NCBI GenBank assembly: GCA_054600435.1
Contig: BAAIJX010000005.1
Coordinates: forward strand, 1-64,000
DNA: 64,000 bases
Origin: Neophaeotheca triangularis
Lineage: Eukaryota
Direction: 5' to 3'
Shown piece after piece: positions 59,733-64,000 of the stretch. A program made the position numbers and the translations under genes. Under the pieces are notes generated by a model. It was not told the origin of the DNA and searched no databases. It was given only the letters and a program-made list of their open reading frames with translations. The stretch's first letter is position 1; each line of letters begins with the position of its first letter.

Positions 59733-60812
59733 AGGGAGGAGCGTTCTGGGGTGCTCCGCAAAGATGACTTGACAGGATCCTCTCTCGGTCGAGACTACCA
59801 TCGCCACGTCAAACGAAGCTAGTCGTAAAGACCACAAACGAACCCCTGTGCTTGCGATCACGAGCGTGCCTACGCCGGGAATTGTTTGCCACAGCTAGGG
59901 GCGACGCTCGCACGAAGCAGGGGATTGGTGATTTCTTCCTTTTTGTCTTTTTGTGCTTTTGCCGAGTGGTGCGGTTTCGGTTGGCTATAAGGGGTGCTGG
60001 CGGTTGCTGGGACTGAGGGCGTGGGAAGGGGTGGAGAGGGAGGGCGCGTAGGTGTCGGGGTATGGCTGTTTTGGGAGGGGTTTTTGTGGAATGGGTTTTT
60101 GGGAATGGGGTTTTTAGGGAATGTTAGTGACTGCTAAGCGGAAGAGTGGCGCCTGGGAGAGAGGTAGGAGTGGATGGGAGGGGTTCTGGGAGTGTGCTGT
60201 GCTTTGCTGTGCTGTGCGGAATTCGTTTTCTTTTTGTCCGTGTTTCGAAGTCAGCGTTTCCTCGCTACAGCGGGATGAGGGTGGCTGTGGAGTACTGTAG
60301 TGGTGAGGAGGAACGGGGTGTCTACGGGCTTGTGGAGCTGGATGCCATAGCCCTGCTGGCAGATCATAGGTAGAGGTCTGCCTCGTCACCCCGACAAACG
60401 GGACTGCATATACCAATCTCGAACCGCACGATAAACGATCTTGGAGCTTGACCGGCAACTTTGCTCAAGTAGTAGCTGGAGTATCCTCCCGAATTTATAC
60501 TCAAAATTCTTGCTCATCAGTCTGCCCACAGCATTTCTCATTCTGCTGTGCTAGTCTGCCGGTTGCGTACGCCGTGTAAACGCCTCGCCATGCTGGCATA
60601 CCTATGGTACAAAGAAGTCCATCTTCTCCGCTTACAGCCGGGGAGAGTAGCCATCTTCCAATCGTGATACAGGCTCGCGAGTTCCTCTCCGTCCCCATGA
60701 GAGCCATTACACTCGCGCTTTGAACCGTGCTACCCTCATCTTTCTCCGCTGTATTCGCTTCCCCGACTCTTCCTCTCGTATCGGTTTCGCCACCCGCCTC
60801 TCAGAAAGCCGC

Positions 60813-61567
60813 CTAATCCTGCCTACCCTTCAACAGCTTCTTGGTGACCTTGTCCTTCTCGATAATGTACACGTGCGCACCCCAACCGGACAAAGCATCT
60901 CTGTCAACCGCATTCAGTAGCGCTTGCGAGATCGTCTCAAACAGATCCTCAGGCTCGAGATCCGGCTCCCACAGGCCTTCGCATGTTCCGAAGAGTTGAT
61001 CTGAAGCTGTACCGGCGACGATGAAGTCCTTGGCGAAGTCGATGCAGCCGATGGAGTCGAAACTGCACAGTTGACACCAAACATTAGCTCTCATCCTCGT
61101 TCAAAAGTCTCGCACGTGTACGTGCAACTCACCCGCAAATAAAAGGCTTCCCGGTAGTATGATTGATGCCCGCGACAACGGGACTAACAAACCACGGCCC
61201 AAAGCGCCTCTCGTACAAACTGCTGCTGACCATGTTCGCGAAAGTCTGCGGGCTGATGTCGCGCTCCTCGCGCAGTCGGTACATGTTGACTTTGTAGCGG
61301 AAGAGCTCGGAGACGGTTTGCACGTCCGTTGCCAGGCCCGTGAGACCCAGGTGTACGTCGCCGTAGGGGAAGATTTTGGGGAAGTCGTTGCTGACGGTGA
61401 GGGCCTGGAGGCCGAGGCGCAGGTCGCAGGCTATGGCTACGCAGTCTTTGCCGACCATTGCTACGCAGGCACCGCCGTCTGAGGGGAGGGGGAGAGCGGG
61501 TTAGTGAGGGTGGGTTTGGGAGGAGGCGTGGATGTGAGGACGTACTGATGCCGAATGGCGAGGCCAT
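60813..61567 (-). CDS. PUP3: 20S proteasome subunit beta-3
   Basis: Exons 61567-61546, 61478-61133, 61062-60813. [56 protein letters not shown]. Confidence 0.96.
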
Positions 61568-61897
61568 GTTGGGGGTTTGTTTCTCGTTTGAATCGGTAGG
61601 GTTTGGTGTTGAGGCTTCCGATTGGAGTTACAAAGCTTCGAACTGGGTATGGCGAGACAGATGATGATGTTGTCGTCGATGTATGTAGTTGATGTAGTTG
61701 TAGTTGCTTGTACTGCTCAAGCTATCTGTACCCAAACGGGCAAGGCAGCTCTCGGGTGACGAACGCGCCGGCGGATGTTCCAACACGGAAGGTTAAGCGA
61801 AAGAGAGCCTGACTTGGGAGGTAGGATTCTACTAGACATCCAATCACTCCATCTTCTTCTCGTCCAGACCAGAAGGTCAACACAACCCGCAGCCATC

Positions 61898-62491
61898 ATG
61901 GAAACACACATACGACTGGCACAATCGCTGCCCCCGCGCCTCCTTAACTTCTTCAAACGCTACCCACCACCACAACTAGCAGCAAGAACAAGCGCCTCCA
62001 CCACAACCGCATCACAACCACCCCCGGAAATCGCAATCGCCTCCAACACCTCCTCCTCGGACCCAAACGCCCCCCAAACCACCACTGCAACCGCCCCTTC
62101 AACAACCGCTACCTCGGCCCTCCCCTCCAATCCAACCAAAAAACACAACCCTTTCCTTCCCTTCCGCAACCCGACAACAGGAAATTGGCACAGTGCCCCC
62201 ATCTCCCTCCGCCGACAAGCCGAACTCTTCAAACTCGCCCAACTCCACCACGTCCTTCCGCTCATGCCGGAATCGCCCAAACACCCTGAGACCAAGGAGC
62301 AGAAGCGCGTGCAGAATGGGTTGCGAGTGCAGGGAACCGGGTTGGGGAGGAAGGTCAAGGGTAAGATGTGGGAGCGGACATTGAAGGGACGGTTGGAGGC
62401 GAGGAAGACGGCGATGGAGGGGATGCCGGAGATGATAAGGCTGTGGAAGGAGAGAGGGCATGGGAGGGGGTGGAAGAAGTGGCCGAAATGA
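61898..62491 (+). CDS. MRPL25: Mitochondrial large-subunit ribosomal protein mL59
   Basis: LAQSLPPRLLNFFKRYPP...NPFLPFRNPTTGNW...SLRRQAELFKLA...VKGKMWERTL...RGHGRGWKKWPK. The ATG at 61898 is divergent from PUP3. Confidence 0.9.
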   Translation: METHIRLAQSLPPRLLNFFKRYPPPQLAARTSASTTTASQPPPEIAIASNTSSSDPNAPQTTTATAPSTTATSALPSNPTKKHNPFLPFRNPTTGNWHSAPISLRRQAELFKLAQLHHVLPLMPESPKHPETKEQKRVQNGLRVQGTGLGRKVKGKMWERTLKGRLEARKTAMEGMPEMIRLWKERGHGRGWKKWPK

Positions 62492-62945
62492 GGGGAGGAT
62501 TTTCCCGGCTGGGGGAAGTTTATTGGCGCTTTCTTGTTGGTTTATGGGCATTCTATGGGTTTTTGAGCCACATGCTAGGCTCGATGCATGGCCTTGTCGG
62601 GCGATGGGAGGGAATTGTACGCTGGAAGCTTTGTAAGAGATGGATGGCTGTGAGATCAGATGTACATGTACATACTACAATGACGTGGAAGAAGACGCGC
62701 GCAAGAAATGAAAGAGCATTTCGTTGGCCCTAGGCATCCTTGGACGAGTTACTGGTATTTCGGGAAATGCAAATCCCTCCCTCACTGAACCTGCGCCACA
62801 ACCATCCAGCAGGCAAAAGAGAAAACTCCAGACTGAAGCACTCACCCAACGCCCCCATCTCTTTCCTAATAATTCTTGCAACCCAACCCCAAAAGCCCTC
62901 AAGCACCCCCACTTCCCCCTCCCCCCTCCAACCTTCCCCCCAATC

Positions 62946-63530
62946 TCAACCTCTCCAAAACCTTCCCCCCAGCGGATCACCCTTCCCCATCTCGCACCCG
63001 CCGAACCCAGCCTCAACAAGCACTTCCCAGACCTCCTCCCGACTAACCTTGTACCCAGTTTTCGCCCACCGGGAATTCAGCCAATCGGCTAGAGCGTCCG
63101 AGGAATGTTCCCACGAGGTCAGGTGGGCGAGGTAAGAGGTTTGGATGAGGTGTTTGATGGGGTCGGGGATTGGGGACCTAGAATGGCTAAAGACGGGTCC
63201 CGAGGAGGGCTTTGATGGTTTGCTGAATTTGGTTAGTTTGGTCAGTCTGCAGCGTCTGGCCGATTTTGGGCTGGGATGTGCTCCTCTTTGGGGGCTGGGA
63301 TGGGAGGCGCGAGTAGACGTGGGAATGGGTTTGGAGCTAGTGGACTTGGAGGCCGCCTTGAACGCCGACTTGGCCTGAGAAGAAGATGGAGAGCAGTCTC
63401 CAGAAACTCGACTCTCGCCTCCGCCGTTGGAGGCGGATGATCTTCGAGACTGGAGTCTAGCATTGAGTTTAGTCAGAAACCCGGCCGGAGAATCAAGGGG
63501 TTGCGGCAGTGGTGCTAGTGGAGGGCACAT
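62946..63530 (-). CDS. Hypothetical protein (S/P/K-rich N-terminus, small helical C-terminal domain)
   Basis: ORF from ATG 63530. The C-terminal IKHLIQTSY...LADWLNSRW...VSREEVWEVL looks like a folded, possibly HTH-like module. No family recognised. Confidence 0.5.
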   Translation of the reverse strand: MCPPLAPLPQPLDSPAGFLTKLNARLQSRRSSASNGGGESRVSGDCSPSSSQAKSAFKAASKSTSSKPIPTSTRASHPSPQRGAHPSPKSARRCRLTKLTKFSKPSKPSSGPVFSHSRSPIPDPIKHLIQTSYLAHLTSWEHSSDALADWLNSRWAKTGYKVSREEVWEVLVEAGFGGCEMGKGDPLGGRFWRG

Positions 63531-64000
63531 ACTTTGCGGTGTTTGGCTTGTAGGTTTGCAGTCTTGTCGTACAGGGTTTTCTGGTGGCTGGTGGTCAATT
63601 GTAGCTTTCACGTGTCTCGGGGTCAGAGTGATTGATGGTCTGGGATATATCGTCGTCTCGGCGTCTGCTCTTGCTCCTGCTCTTGCTCTTGTTATTGGAC
63701 TTCCCGTGTATAATTCTCTCGACCGGCGAGAGATGTCTGTAGGTGAGTTTAAGAAGTTAGTCGATAAGGCAGAGCAGACAGAGCAGATGGAAAGGACTTG
63801 AAGTGTAAAGTTAGTAACCCGTGGGAGATGGCAGGGCAGTTATCTCTCTGCAGGGGGCCTCTTGTAAGTATACAGACTTCCCTTGTGGTATTTTACGGTG
63901 TCGTTGGAGGGCATAATATCTTTGTGTTGGGACAAAGGGAGCGTGGTTCTTTGGACGTGGACAAAAAGAGGCTATAAAGGGGCATTGTTGTGCTGTGTTC

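Overview
This is a gene-dense eukaryotic window from a filamentous ascomycete (Pezizomycotina, probably Dothideomycetes; inferred from short GT-AG introns with CTRAY branch sites and the gene families present). It holds about 22 protein-coding genes. Recognisable ones are a C2H2 zinc-finger factor, LYS1, an ArfGAP-UBA protein, an AAA ATPase, a YOR1-like ABCC transporter, SHR3, PRP28, a GAF hybrid histidine kinase, a Voa1/Ac45-like protein, an SOD-fold mitoribosomal protein, serine dehydratase, a WRN/EXD2-like exonuclease, an NAD(P)-binding protein, Moco sulfurase hxB, PAR32-like, PUP3 and MRPL25. A five-exon LSM5 absent from the ORF track was found by manual splicing. There are also several hypothetical genes and a probable F-box pseudogene at the left edge. 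The most unusual object is a 1,014-bp non-coding element (37187-38200) in the promoter of the Voa1-like gene. It has 61-bp terminal inverted repeats, an apparent 4-bp target duplication (CTCG), and about 41 tandem 15-19-bp units that all begin with a CCGTCGC-like motif also present in the TIRs, with RIP-like mutation. Other notable patterns are a recurring strand-symmetric C/A-rich to G/T-rich compositional switch and frequent AAG 3' splice sites. No tRNA, rRNA or CRISPR array was recognised.
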